From: Trypanosoma brucei
Lineage: Eukaryota
Reading direction: 5' to 3'
DNA: 64,000 bases
NCBI GenBank assembly: GCA_000002445.1
Contig: CP000071.1
Span: 448,001 to 512,000 of the forward strand
In this document: in pieces, positions 54,439 to 64,000 of the stretch
How positions within the stretch are numbered: position 1 is the stretch's first letter
Layout: each line of letters starts with the position of its first letter
Notes under the pieces: model-generated
What the model was told of the DNA's origin: nothing
The model's input: only the letters and a program-made list of their open reading frames with translations
Database searches by the model: none
Translations under genes and position numbers: made by a program

Positions 54439-54465
54439 CATATATATATATATATATATATATAT
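54439..54465. repeat. (TA)n microsatellite
   Basis: tatatatatatatatatatatatatat. Confidence 0.9.
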
Positions 54466-55215
54466 GTGCGGGCAATCATAAAAGGCAGCTAGGCAGATCT
54501 CTTCACGCTGTATTGTTCTGGTGTTTTCCCTGAAGTGAATGAGTGTGGAGGTGCGAATACGAATTTTTATGTGGGAAGGGATTGTGTCTTGAGTGTGCCG
54601 CTTGTCACTCTCTACTTCGTACTACCTTGCCTTCATAACAGGGCCCTTCTTCTTATTCCCCACAGCAGTAGCTCAGGGTTTTTCTTTTTTCCGCCTGGTT
54701 GATGTGTTTTGGGTGTGCTTGCCCTCTGCGACGGGAGGTGGGACAGTGGCTTTGTTTTCTGTGGTAATGTTGCCAGACGTTGGCATATTCCCACGCATTA
54801 CGTTTACCTCTTGGCCTTTGTGTGTATCCCCGTCTCGTCTTATTGTTCCATACTCCTGCCTTTGTCGCTGCCACTGCTGACGTGCCCTGCTGTTGCTATT
54901 GCTCCCCTTTTCATTTTATTTTTCCCCTTTCGGTTATACTTAGTTCACTTCACATAATTGTGATTGTGATTGCAATTGTGTTTTTAACAACAATCACAAA
55001 GCATAAGCGAGGTGTGAAAGGGAATTCGGCTCTAGAAAACGAACTGAGGGGGGAAAGTAGAGAAGAGATAGTGGGTGACTGAGGGAAGGTAAGAGTCAGC
55101 GGAGTTAAGTGAAACGCACCATTATCATTGCCGTCCTCTTAAACATTTAAGTTGACTTAGGGGACAAAGTACGTCAGCCAGAAACTTTTCCTGCCTTTGC
55201 CGCGCTTGTTAAGGT

Positions 55216-57552
55216 ATGTCGGCCACTTATCCAGAGCGGCGGCCATACGCCACCACAGTACCGCATAGTGGTTATCTTTCCAAGCCTACGCTGCCGCCCG
55301 TCGAGGCACTTCGTATCCTCAGCAGCACTGTTGGCATTGACCTGCCGCGTAGCGTTCGCCACAGTGCGAACACTCTCCTGCGGCGCTCCCCGACACCAAG
55401 AAGTGTATCACCGACTCGCGGTGTGCAACTCTTTAAGCCGCCTACGCTTGAGACCGCCACACCTTTCGAGTTCCAGGAGAAGGACTACCACAAGTCTCAG
55501 CAATCTGTGCTTAACGTGCAGCTAAGCAACGCGGTAGAGGAACTCTTCAAGGTGTGGCGTGTGAAGGTGAGGGATTTAATGCACTATCTCGATTCCTTTC
55601 CGTGTGAAGCAGGCCACTCATTTTCACGAACAAACGGCGCACTGAGCTCCTTCTTTGAAGGCTACCGCACCACTGACATCACTCCGATGACGGCCCATCA
55701 GCTTGTGAACGACTTTAAGCTTTGTACCTCGGTATCGATGCTTGACGAAATTCAGAACAGCCCCGAAGTCTTGGGAGATCAGGTTCGTGCTGCGCTCGAT
55801 GCGCTGCTGAATGCAAAGCATTTCCTCGCGCCACTTGAGAACTTTGTGGACCGGCTGGAGCCCATAGCAGCGTTCGCGCTGCCCGACAAGCGACCAGAGT
55901 GCTTAGACGGCACCCGCGGCCCGGTATGGCCAAGCAAGGTGGCCGTTGCCCTTCACGAGAAGTTTCACTACGACCCCTCAGAGTATGTTCTTGCTGAGCT
56001 CCGGAAGAGTGACCAACCGATAGAACGGCTGGAAAACCGCGTGCTGCAGGTGAAGGAAAGGAAGGAGGATGCAATCGATCGTGAGATACCGGGAGATGCA
56101 CTCAACTACCTCACTACGCAGGTGGACCTCAGTAATGACCTCCTCTTGATGAATAAAGCCCGTATGGAGTTGGTGTATCTACACGGCAAGGACATACAGG
56201 AGATGAAGAGGATGCTGGAAGATCTCATTGTGGATGCGCGACACAGCGTAGAGTTATTGAAGGGGCGTGTGGAGCGTGACATGCCGTTGGTAAAGAAGGA
56301 CATCGACGGTGTTTATCAGGATGTAGAGAATACTCAGAAGCACATTAAGGACTTAGATCAAAAGAACGCTGAGGCAAACAAAGCCGCCCACGAGGCGTAC
56401 TCAAAGCTGAACGACACAGAGGTTGAGCTGTGGGTCCTGTTAACAGACACGATACGCAAGTTGGTAGACATTGCTGGTGAGAAGGAAGCATTTGTCCGCA
56501 ACGAAATGCGCCTCCGTGAGCTCCGAGGTCGAGATATGGCAATTGCCGAGGAGCTACTCGCCGCACAGCAAAGCTACTTTTCTCGCCTTCGCAAGAGTGA
56601 GGACGTACTTAAGAGGTGGGAGAACGCAGCGGAGACGTATGAAGCCTACGTGCAGGCGTACGTGCCAACTCTGTTGAAGAAGATCCACGACGCTGAGGAG
56701 GCCGACAAGGATTTGTACAATCGTGAGGCACAAAACTATGTCCGACGGTACGAGATGTTCGAGTACGCCGTGGAAGAGGGCCGCGCGACCCGCAGCGTTC
56801 ATGTGGATCGTCTACAGACATTACAGCGGTCGAAATTGTTGGATGTGGAGCGGGCATTGTCGACCCTCGACCCCTTCGCAGACAAGTACCGAAAGGAGCT
56901 TGATGAGGCTCAAGCGCAGCTGGACGAAGGTTTGGCATTCATCCAGCTTGTCGAAAACCTTGCCAAGGAGCGTCGCGGGGAGGTGGAACCGATTCTGCAG
57001 CACGTCATCTCGTATAACCGCACACTGCAGACCAAAACATTGGAGATTGAAGCCGAGGCTGAAGCACAGGCGCTGCTGCTGCGTGATGGACCTGCAACGG
57101 AGGGCGCTCCATCCACGATGAACACTGTGGACGCCAAGGTGGACACAAGCCTTCTGCAGAGCGCACGTGGAAGCAGCGGCAAGCGTCCCGCAACGGCAGC
57201 AGTTTCCGAAGTAACGCACTTCTGCGATGCCCCACCAACGTCGGCTGCACTAAGACTGCGCAGTGTTGTTGATGCCAATAACATGATGTGCACCGTTTCG
57301 CACCCGCATGTCATGGCGCGCACTGTTGGAATTAATCATGAGGAGGCCTTCCTCGAGAAGTACCGTCGCTTCACAGATGAGGAACAGGTGGCTGTGGAGG
57401 GCGTGGCCGGTCGTGTTCGGCAGTCAAACACCAGTTTGGAGATGCTCGGTGAGAAGTACAACAATAAGGATTACATCCGAATGTTGCTTCTGAGCCCAGG
57501 GGCGAAACAAAGCAACAGCGCAACCGAGGCTGCTGTAGAGGAGTGCGCATAA
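55216..57552 (+). CDS. Long coiled-coil protein (778 aa), possibly paraflagellar-rod-family-like
   Basis: ATG start. Residues about 250-650 are heptad-rich with charged repeats (LRKSEDVLKRWENAAETYEAYVQAYVPTLLKKIHDAEEADKDLYNREAQNYVRRYEMFEYAVEEGR...). Family assignment is tentative. Confidence 0.6.
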   Translation: MSATYPERRPYATTVPHSGYLSKPTLPPVEALRILSSTVGIDLPRSVRHSANTLLRRSPTPRSVSPTRGVQLFKPPTLETATPFEFQEKDYHKSQQSVLNVQLSNAVEELFKVWRVKVRDLMHYLDSFPCEAGHSFSRTNGALSSFFEGYRTTDITPMTAHQLVNDFKLCTSVSMLDEIQNSPEVLGDQVRAALDALLNAKHFLAPLENFVDRLEPIAAFALPDKRPECLDGTRGPVWPSKVAVALHEKFHYDPSEYVLAELRKSDQPIERLENRVLQVKERKEDAIDREIPGDALNYLTTQVDLSNDLLLMNKARMELVYLHGKDIQEMKRMLEDLIVDARHSVELLKGRVERDMPLVKKDIDGVYQDVENTQKHIKDLDQKNAEANKAAHEAYSKLNDTEVELWVLLTDTIRKLVDIAGEKEAFVRNEMRLRELRGRDMAIAEELLAAQQSYFSRLRKSEDVLKRWENAAETYEAYVQAYVPTLLKKIHDAEEADKDLYNREAQNYVRRYEMFEYAVEEGRATRSVHVDRLQTLQRSKLLDVERALSTLDPFADKYRKELDEAQAQLDEGLAFIQLVENLAKERRGEVEPILQHVISYNRTLQTKTLEIEAEAEAQALLLRDGPATEGAPSTMNTVDAKVDTSLLQSARGSSGKRPATAAVSEVTHFCDAPPTSAALRLRSVVDANNMMCTVSHPHVMARTVGINHEEAFLEKYRRFTDEEQVAVEGVAGRVRQSNTSLEMLGEKYNNKDYIRMLLLSPGAKQSNSATEAAVEECA

Positions 57553-58487
57553 AAAGAAGAAACTCGGTAAGGTTTATATGTTTCTTCCACAGGAGTATTT
57601 CCTTCCATTCCCCTTCCTTTTTTTTTTTTTTACCAAAGTATGCACTTGTTGGTGTTGAAGCACTGGAAGAAGAATAAAAAAAAACCAGAGGCAAGAAAGC
57701 AAGAATATGGGGACCAGAATGGTATTATGAAGCTGTGACTGTGCTATTTGACTTGAGCTCTCTTTTCCTCTTGTCCTTTTGTTATCCAGTTCGCCCTCGT
57801 CTCCCATTTTATTTCATGCGGTTGTGATTATGTTTTAGCTTTATTCTTTGCAAAGCGTTTCCTACTTTTATGTTATTTGTCTCATCTTTAGATATGATTT
57901 ACATATTTCCCTCTCTTACTTTTTCTGCCTCTTTTTTTTTTCCTTCCTTCGCCCTTCAGTTCATCTTCTCATTCTCCTGATTCTTTTCGAACTTCCTCCG
58001 ATGGCCACCGTACGACTGGAGTGCTGCTTTTTAGCATGATTGTTCTTCTTCTTGTTTTTTTTCTTTATTTGTTTATTTGTTGCCGCTCTGCCAATGGTTC
58101 GGGAGGAGTGAAGCAAAGCAATGAAAGTTAATCATTAGACGCAACGGGCTAAAAAAAAAAAAGAGAGAAAGAGAGGGGGGGGGGAAAAAAAAAAGAAGGA
58201 ATAATTAAAGATTTACGCCAGGCAAATGAAATGAGGTGCAAAGAGGGATGAGGAGGAACACGGGGGAGTTGTGAGGAAAATTGAAGAGAGGCATTTGAGA
58301 ATATGTTGAGTTGATGTTGCACTGAGGTAACACAACAAAACAGCGTCAGAAATAAAAAGAAAGATGTTAAATGCATGAAAGAAGGTGAGAAGTGTGGAGA
58401 GTTGTGAGAACAGAAGCAAAGGTATATGAGGAAGAGAGATAACGAGAGGAAGGAAAGAACAAAAAGACTGTTGAGTACGTTACAGGC

Positions 58488-58488
<1 letters not shown>

Positions 58489-58520
<32 letters not shown>
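58489..58520. repeat. (TA)n(TG)n compound microsatellite
   Basis: atatatatatatatatgtgtgtgtgtgtgtgtctgtg. Confidence 0.85.
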
Positions 58521-58521
<1 letters not shown>

Positions 58522-58939
58522 CTGTGTTTAATTGTGTCTGTAAGGGGAAAATGTATTTCCCTCTCGCCAACTGTGCCACAGTGAGTTCAAATATTTTAAA
58601 AAGAAAGTGAAGGAGGTTACGGAAATAAACCCCTTTCCTCATTTTCTTAATTTTTATCATTTTTGTTGTCATTATTCTCAGTGCGTGTGCTTTGAGCGCT
58701 CGCCAGCTAGAAACGTGGCTGTGCTTCACTTTTCTATTCATCTGTCTTTTTTTTTCTTTTTTCCCTCTCTTACCTCCTTCTCTCTGCTTCAATTTTCGTT
58801 TCCCTCCTCCTTTAACTCCCCAGTATCTGAAAAAGAAGGGAGTGAAAGGGGGAGATAGAGTTGACCCAACACTGCAGAGCAACCAGAGAAAAGAAAAAAG
58901 ATTAAAAAAAACAGTTTCTTTCTTTTTGGTCCCTTATAC

Positions 58940-58980
58940 ATATATATATGTGTGTGTGTGTGCGTGTGTGCATGTGTGTG
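58940..58980. repeat. (TA)n(TG)n compound microsatellite
   Basis: catatatatatgtgtgtgtgtgtgcgtgtgtgcatgtgtgtg. Confidence 0.85.
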
Positions 58981-59480
58981 TTTAATTGTGTTTGTATGTC
59001 TTTCTCTTTTAGAGAGAAAGAGGGGGCATGTAGGGAGAAGGAAGAGAGAGAGAGAAAGAGGAAGAAACAAGATGAAGACAAAGTAGATTGTTAAGGAGGT
59101 CAGGGACGCGCCTCCTTTTTTTTTTTTAAAAAAAAGATAATCAAAGAAGAGAAACGTTTCTTCCGTTTCTAACCACGCGCGCATATGCCTGTCCGTATGC
59201 AAGCGTGCCTCCGTAACGTGTATTTGACCCAAAAGCAAGAAGAAAAGATAAAGGGAGACGAGGAGGGCTGAGATGACGGAGTACAAGTAGAAAATAAGTA
59301 TGTTTGTGTGTTTGTATGTTTGAGGAAGAGGGGCTTGGAGCGCTTCTTATTTCATTTTTCAATGTATTTGTGACGATGTACAAAATCAGTTCTCACGTTT
59401 GCGTGCATGTATTCGTATACGTCTTCGTCTGTTTGTTCGTTTGTGCCTTAACTAGGGAGCGGGTGCGTTCATGTACATAC

Positions 59481-59633
59481 CACATTATCTATATCTATAT
59501 ATGCATACACGCATACATCTACACATATACGCACACAAACGTATATGCATGTACATATACATATGCGTGCGTGCGTCTCTCTGTGTGTGTGTGTGTGTAT
59601 GTGTATGTATGTATGTATGTATGTTAACGCAGA
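59481..59633. repeat. Complex purine/pyrimidine-alternating low-complexity tract (TATC/TACA/TGTA units)
   Basis: atctatatctatatatgcatacacgcatacatctacacatatacgcacacaaacgtatatgcatgtacatatacatatgcgtgcgtg...gtgtgtgtgtgtgtatgtgtatgtatgtatgtatgtatg. Confidence 0.8.
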
Positions 59634-60256
59634 TTCCCCAATCCATTGTGCTTTACTCTGTAACGCTTATTAGAAGCAGTGAGAAATAAGGAGAGTCTGT
59701 GAGGGATGTTTATGCGCGTGGAAGGGGGGAACGCGATGCCGATTCATCCCATTTTTCGCCAAATCTGCTTGTGATCGCTGTTCATCTTTTCCATTGACTC
59801 TTTATGCTTCCTCCCCTTATTTATCCTTTGTTCTCCATTTTTTTGTTTCTATTTTCATCAAGTTCACATCGAATCTAGAATTGAGGAAGCGGCCAGGATT
59901 TCCTGATCCACAACCCCAACCTCAACCCCCTTTCTCTTCTTTTTTTTTTCCTTGACGTGTTCGCGTACTTTTCCCTGCGGAACTGGAGCTGATCAGGTTT
60001 CGGAGCCTCAACGGGTTAAGGTGAAGTACGGGCGCGGACGACACAGAGAAAAGGTGGGAGGGTGCAGCAACGCCCTCCGGCACTTTGCGTTATAATAATT
60101 ATTTGTGCAGTTTGCATTCGTTAGACACCGCAGTTTTGAATTTCTTTGGGGTAGTCAATATTTTTATACGGGATCAAAAGGGTGGGGGCAAAAAGCGCGC
60201 TCGCGTGATCTTTCCAACCGCGGGTTTGAAGTTCTATCATTTAGTACAGTGCTGTA

Positions 60257-62107
60257 ATGGAGTTTGAGCAGCTGGAGATTGGCAAGAAGTCGATTACCAA
60301 CGCCATCGCGCGGCAGGAGGTTACAGACTATTATGACTTGCTGCACCCCAACGTCCTGCTCGTTTCCCACTTCCGCTACCCTCCTCTGTCGCCCGTTATT
60401 GCCGATACCATCCCCGCATTAGACCGTGTGTTGCGCAAGGAAAACAAAAACCTGTCAGGCGTGACTAAGGGCCATAACCCGTGGAAGGTGCCCGAGTTCC
60501 TGCAAACCGGCGCGGTCACAAAATCAGCACCTGTGGCAGCTCCAGCAGTTACAGCCACATCACCGACTACCACGTCAACGACAGTAACTACCCGAGCGAA
60601 TTCACCACACTTAGCAGGAACACCCACGAGAGCGTCGATTGTGCCTAAAGCGCCTGGGGGAAGGCCTGTTGCCCGTGGGTTTGCGGCTCGGAAGAGGAGG
60701 GGTACTTCCACGAATGGAAGATCCACTGCTACGGGTGATAGATCCACTTCTGCTGCCACACGGGAAAGGCGTGAGGATCCCAACAAAAAGAAGCAGCGGC
60801 AGTCCACCATTACGGGGCCATATGAGGCCGATATTGTCGAAGGCCCGCTCCTTGTTACGGCACGCTTTTACGCTATATTGCAATGGATGAATCAAGGTGC
60901 CCATATTGCAGATACGGTCTTTGATATGGAGGCACGAAAGGTTGTGCTACAGGAATCGGATGTCGTTTTACAGCTTCCAGCTCCGAAGACTGAGGCGGAG
61001 TGGTATGCGCAGCTTGGGCGGCAGCATACAGACCGTAACCAGCGGCTTAGCAGACTTACTGTAACTTATGGCCGCGATTTGTTACTGTTTCGTGACGAGT
61101 GCTACTTCGAGGATGGGTTCATTGTCACGATACACCGCTTTATGTTGACACAGCAGGAGATGCTCGACCTATCGTCCCTTGTTGAATACCACCAACAGGC
61201 GGAAATTAACCGTCGCATTGAGGCGATGAAAGTGGAGCGTGACAACTTCTACGCTGCTGAACAGAGGCGTGTGAACGCATTTCGTAGGTCAGTGGAACCG
61301 TTGCTTGACTTTACCTTCTGTGATGTGAGTGACCCCATTTTGCTTCTTTCTGTGGAGCCCGTTGCAGGGAAGCGTCATATCTGTAAGGATGTGCGGCCCA
61401 AAAATGTTACCGCACTGCCGCCGATGGGTTACGGAGCCCAGCAGAATGACGCACAACGCGGAAAAGATCAGCGCATTGTCGTGAAGGCACGCAACAAGGC
61501 TGGCGACGAGGAGGTGTATGAGTTCGTTGATAATTCCAAACCTCGCTACGACTTTCTCTACGACCCTAAGACCAATGCAGAGAGCACCTTGCAGAATCTT
61601 GCAGACAAGATGAAGTCGATGTTTTGCACCTCTAGTGTGCGTATCAGTAGCTGTGGCATGAGGTCAACAGATCAATTGGTGCCAGTCCTCCGGCGCCTTG
61701 TGGCAAATGCCATTATGACGATACGTGCGCTGGATCTAAGCGACAACGAGATCAGCACACTGCCGGACTTGTCGCTTCTTCCACTGCAGCGTCTACTGCT
61801 TCACAAAAACAAAATATCCGACTGGATGGAGGTAGAGAATCGCGTGTGTGTGCTTCCGCTGCTGGAGGTGGTGACACTGCACGGCAATCCCATTTCCGAA
61901 AGCAACGAGCAGTACCGGCAGGAGCTGCTGGCGAGGCTCTTACGGCACCCAAGGCGTGCAGCGCGTGTGCGACAAGTAGACTTCGTGACTCTGACAGCGC
62001 AGGACCTTAACATTGCAGGGACGTTTGAAATGTTCACCACAGGGAACACAAGTGTTTTGGAGAAGGCGCGGAAGTTCAATGTTTCTGACGTTAGGAAAAA
62101 AATATAG
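60257..62107 (+). CDS. Leucine-rich-repeat protein (C-terminal SDS22/U2A'-type LRRs with LRRcap), hypothetical
   Basis: ATG start. The C-terminus reads LDLSDNEISTLPDLSLLPLQRLLLHKNKISDWMEVENRVCVLPLLEVVTLHGNPISESNEQYRQELLARL. This is the LxxLxLxxNxI pattern followed by a cap-like YR..L..LP.L motif. Confidence 0.6.
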   Translation: MEFEQLEIGKKSITNAIARQEVTDYYDLLHPNVLLVSHFRYPPLSPVIADTIPALDRVLRKENKNLSGVTKGHNPWKVPEFLQTGAVTKSAPVAAPAVTATSPTTTSTTVTTRANSPHLAGTPTRASIVPKAPGGRPVARGFAARKRRGTSTNGRSTATGDRSTSAATRERREDPNKKKQRQSTITGPYEADIVEGPLLVTARFYAILQWMNQGAHIADTVFDMEARKVVLQESDVVLQLPAPKTEAEWYAQLGRQHTDRNQRLSRLTVTYGRDLLLFRDECYFEDGFIVTIHRFMLTQQEMLDLSSLVEYHQQAEINRRIEAMKVERDNFYAAEQRRVNAFRRSVEPLLDFTFCDVSDPILLLSVEPVAGKRHICKDVRPKNVTALPPMGYGAQQNDAQRGKDQRIVVKARNKAGDEEVYEFVDNSKPRYDFLYDPKTNAESTLQNLADKMKSMFCTSSVRISSCGMRSTDQLVPVLRRLVANAIMTIRALDLSDNEISTLPDLSLLPLQRLLLHKNKISDWMEVENRVCVLPLLEVVTLHGNPISESNEQYRQELLARLLRHPRRAARVRQVDFVTLTAQDLNIAGTFEMFTTGNTSVLEKARKFNVSDVRKKI

Positions 62108-63165
62108 GGCTGCTTAGTTACGTACACGGTGTGTGCGTGTGCATGTTTCTGGGTGGCTACACCTACATATGTTTATATGCGTTTGTACACCATCTTGTCG
62201 CATTAGACTAGTGTTAATTTCTCTCGTTTCTTCCTCATTTTTTATCTCTTTAAAACATTCCGTTTGTGCGCGCCTTCCCTTTTCGCTATGCGCGTTTTTT
62301 TTTTTTGGTGGGTTGTCGTCGCAATGGTTGGTTTGTATAGTGCTGAATGGCCCATGTAAAGTTCTTCACTAAAGGAGGAAATGGACGGGGTGATGTAAAG
62401 GGATGTGGGGAGCGAATGGGGACTTCCCACTATCGTCCCGTTTCTTCCCGTCGTACAGGTGAACACTGTTAACTTCACCAAGTTAAAAGAACAAAGCAAC
62501 GAAAATGTTCAACTCTGTATTCTAAGGGCGTGCTGCCGGTAGGTGGCTAGTGCCTTGTTCTTATTGCTGTGCCGCGTCTTGGCAAACATCAATTTCTGAT
62601 TTTTCCCCCTTTTCATTTTCTCGTTGTTGCTGTTTTAATGTGCTGCATTTACGCTTGACAACCTCCCGCCTTGCGCTGATACGTTGTCCCGACCCGCAGA
62701 GAAACAGGAGGCGTTCGTGTACGGAGTTTGGAAGAGGTTTTATAAGGGGAACAATAAAGGAAAGAAGCAAAAAGTGTAATAGAAAGGAAGAGTTAGCTTA
62801 TCTGGTGGTTTTGTAATCATTTACTTGGTAAATAGGAGAGGCATAAATATCTTACTCTGTAGGATTGTGAGGGTGCGTAGAAGCTCCACCGGTTAGTCGC
62901 AGGGAGCCTGTCTGCACACGTATACATTTAAAAAAAGAACATATATATATATATATATACAAGCAAATACGCAAGCAGTCAACGGAGTGCAGTGTTTGCG
63001 AGGTACGTCAGCATCGTTACGTTTTATTCGCTGCTAGTGGCAGTTCTTTTGTTTTTCCAGCGGTACGGGACGCAGGAAGGACTTGTAGTTTCTTTTCAAT
63101 CTGGATAAGGGTTCAGGAGCTCACAGCAGTAACTGTAACTGCAGGATCAGCGTTAGTAAAGCAGA

Positions 63166-63984
63166 ATGCCCGGGCAGGTTTCTTCAGCGTCCTTGCCACC
63201 GGTCATTTCCTCCGTTCAGGCGTACGTTAAGGCGTTGCTCCATTGCCACAAGTACCCAACGCAGGCGGTTTCCGGTTTCCTCATCGGTAAACGCATCAGC
63301 GCCACCAGCAACACCAACGCCAGCAGTCCTGCTTCCAACAGCTCCGCCGCCGCAACGCCAACGACTGTACTTGGTGCTAATGCGATCCCTAACTTCACAG
63401 CCAATGCGATTAGTGCTACCAATGCTGACGGTAATAACGTTAACAGCTCCGGTAGCAGCAGTGACGAAGCTGAATGTATTTTTGTGGCAGATGCCGTGCC
63501 GCTTTTCCACACCATCATAATGACAGATCCACACCCAATGATGACGGTTGCATATGCGCAGGTTTCCAGCTACGCCCGTACAAAGGGTCTTGTACTCTTG
63601 GGATATTACATCGCAAATGAACGTACGGGCGATACGGCTGTCTGTTCCCTCACGGAAAATGTACTGCGTATGCTTCACAGCAGAAAATCCGGTGTTCATG
63701 AGCCCCTGCTATGGAGAATTGTTAGCACACCGTCTGGTGACAGCGTGGATGTTCGTGGGGCCTACTACAACAGCGGCAGCAGCTCCTTCACAGACGCGCC
63801 GTCGCTCACGTTTGGTCGCTGGAACTCCGACACGCTTTCGTGTGAAACGACAGAGCCTAAAGCAGCTGCGGTTGAGGCGTTTGAGAACTCAATGGATGCA
63901 TTAAAACAATTTCAGTTAGTGGACTTTGAGGATCATTTGGAGAGCGTACAATTGAACTACCTCGACCAAACAGTCTCCGCCTGA
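63166..63984 (+). CDS. ER membrane protein complex subunit 8/9-like (UPF0172 / MPN-like) protein
   Basis: ATG start. [24 protein letters not shown] aligns to EMC8 [36 protein letters not shown] aligns to [23 protein letters not shown] aligns to [24 protein letters not shown] aligns to TLVDFDNHLDDI. An extra S/N/A-rich insertion is present (residues about 45-100). Confidence 0.75.
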   Translation: [272 protein letters not shown]

Positions 63985-64000
63985 GGTGCCCCTTCTTTAG

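Overview
This 64 kb window looks like a kinetoplastid (Trypanosoma brucei-like) chromosomal region. That call is an inference from gene content, the lack of ordinary introns, pyrimidine-rich intergenic tracts and one diagnostic GUAUGU cis-intron.

Layout:
(i) 1-5.7 kb is gene-poor, with strong A+C strand skew near its right end.
(ii) 5749-12441 is a tandem array of about 735-736 bp units. Each unit carries one 5S rRNA gene on the minus strand. There are 8 complete copies, one truncated copy, a 60-N assembly gap and two single Ns.
(iii) 12.4-16 kb is a non-coding junction holding a roughly 247 bp inverted-repeat pair that flanks about 1.2 kb.
(iv) 16-64 kb is one same-strand (+) block of 15 protein-coding genes, typical of a polycistronic Pol II unit.

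The gene block encodes:
- TSR1 ribosome-biogenesis factor
- a divergent VLCAD/ACAD9-like protein
- a MaoC/hotdog dehydratase
- an SLC35F5/THI74-like EamA transporter
- a 2468-aa Rav1/DmX-like WD40 protein
- a Cys-rich/NQ-rich protein
- a DEAD-box helicase split by a 1324-bp cis-spliced intron
- a NUDT7/8-like Nudix protein with a degenerate Nudix box
- a GPR89/GPHR-like membrane protein
- two LRR proteins
- a long coiled-coil protein
- an EMC8/9-like protein
- three uncharacterised proteins

The most notable single feature is the DEAD-box helicase (DBP2B-like). Read unspliced, the ORF stops inside helicase motif VI (HRIG|M*). A GUAUGU donor at 44054 and an AG acceptor at 45376-77 restore the canonical HRIGRTGRAG motif and an RGG/GYG-rich C-terminal tail. 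This matches one of the two known cis-spliced genes of trypanosomes.

The supplied ORF track evidently allows TTG/GTG starts. Where the track start was not ATG, I moved the CDS start to the first in-frame ATG.
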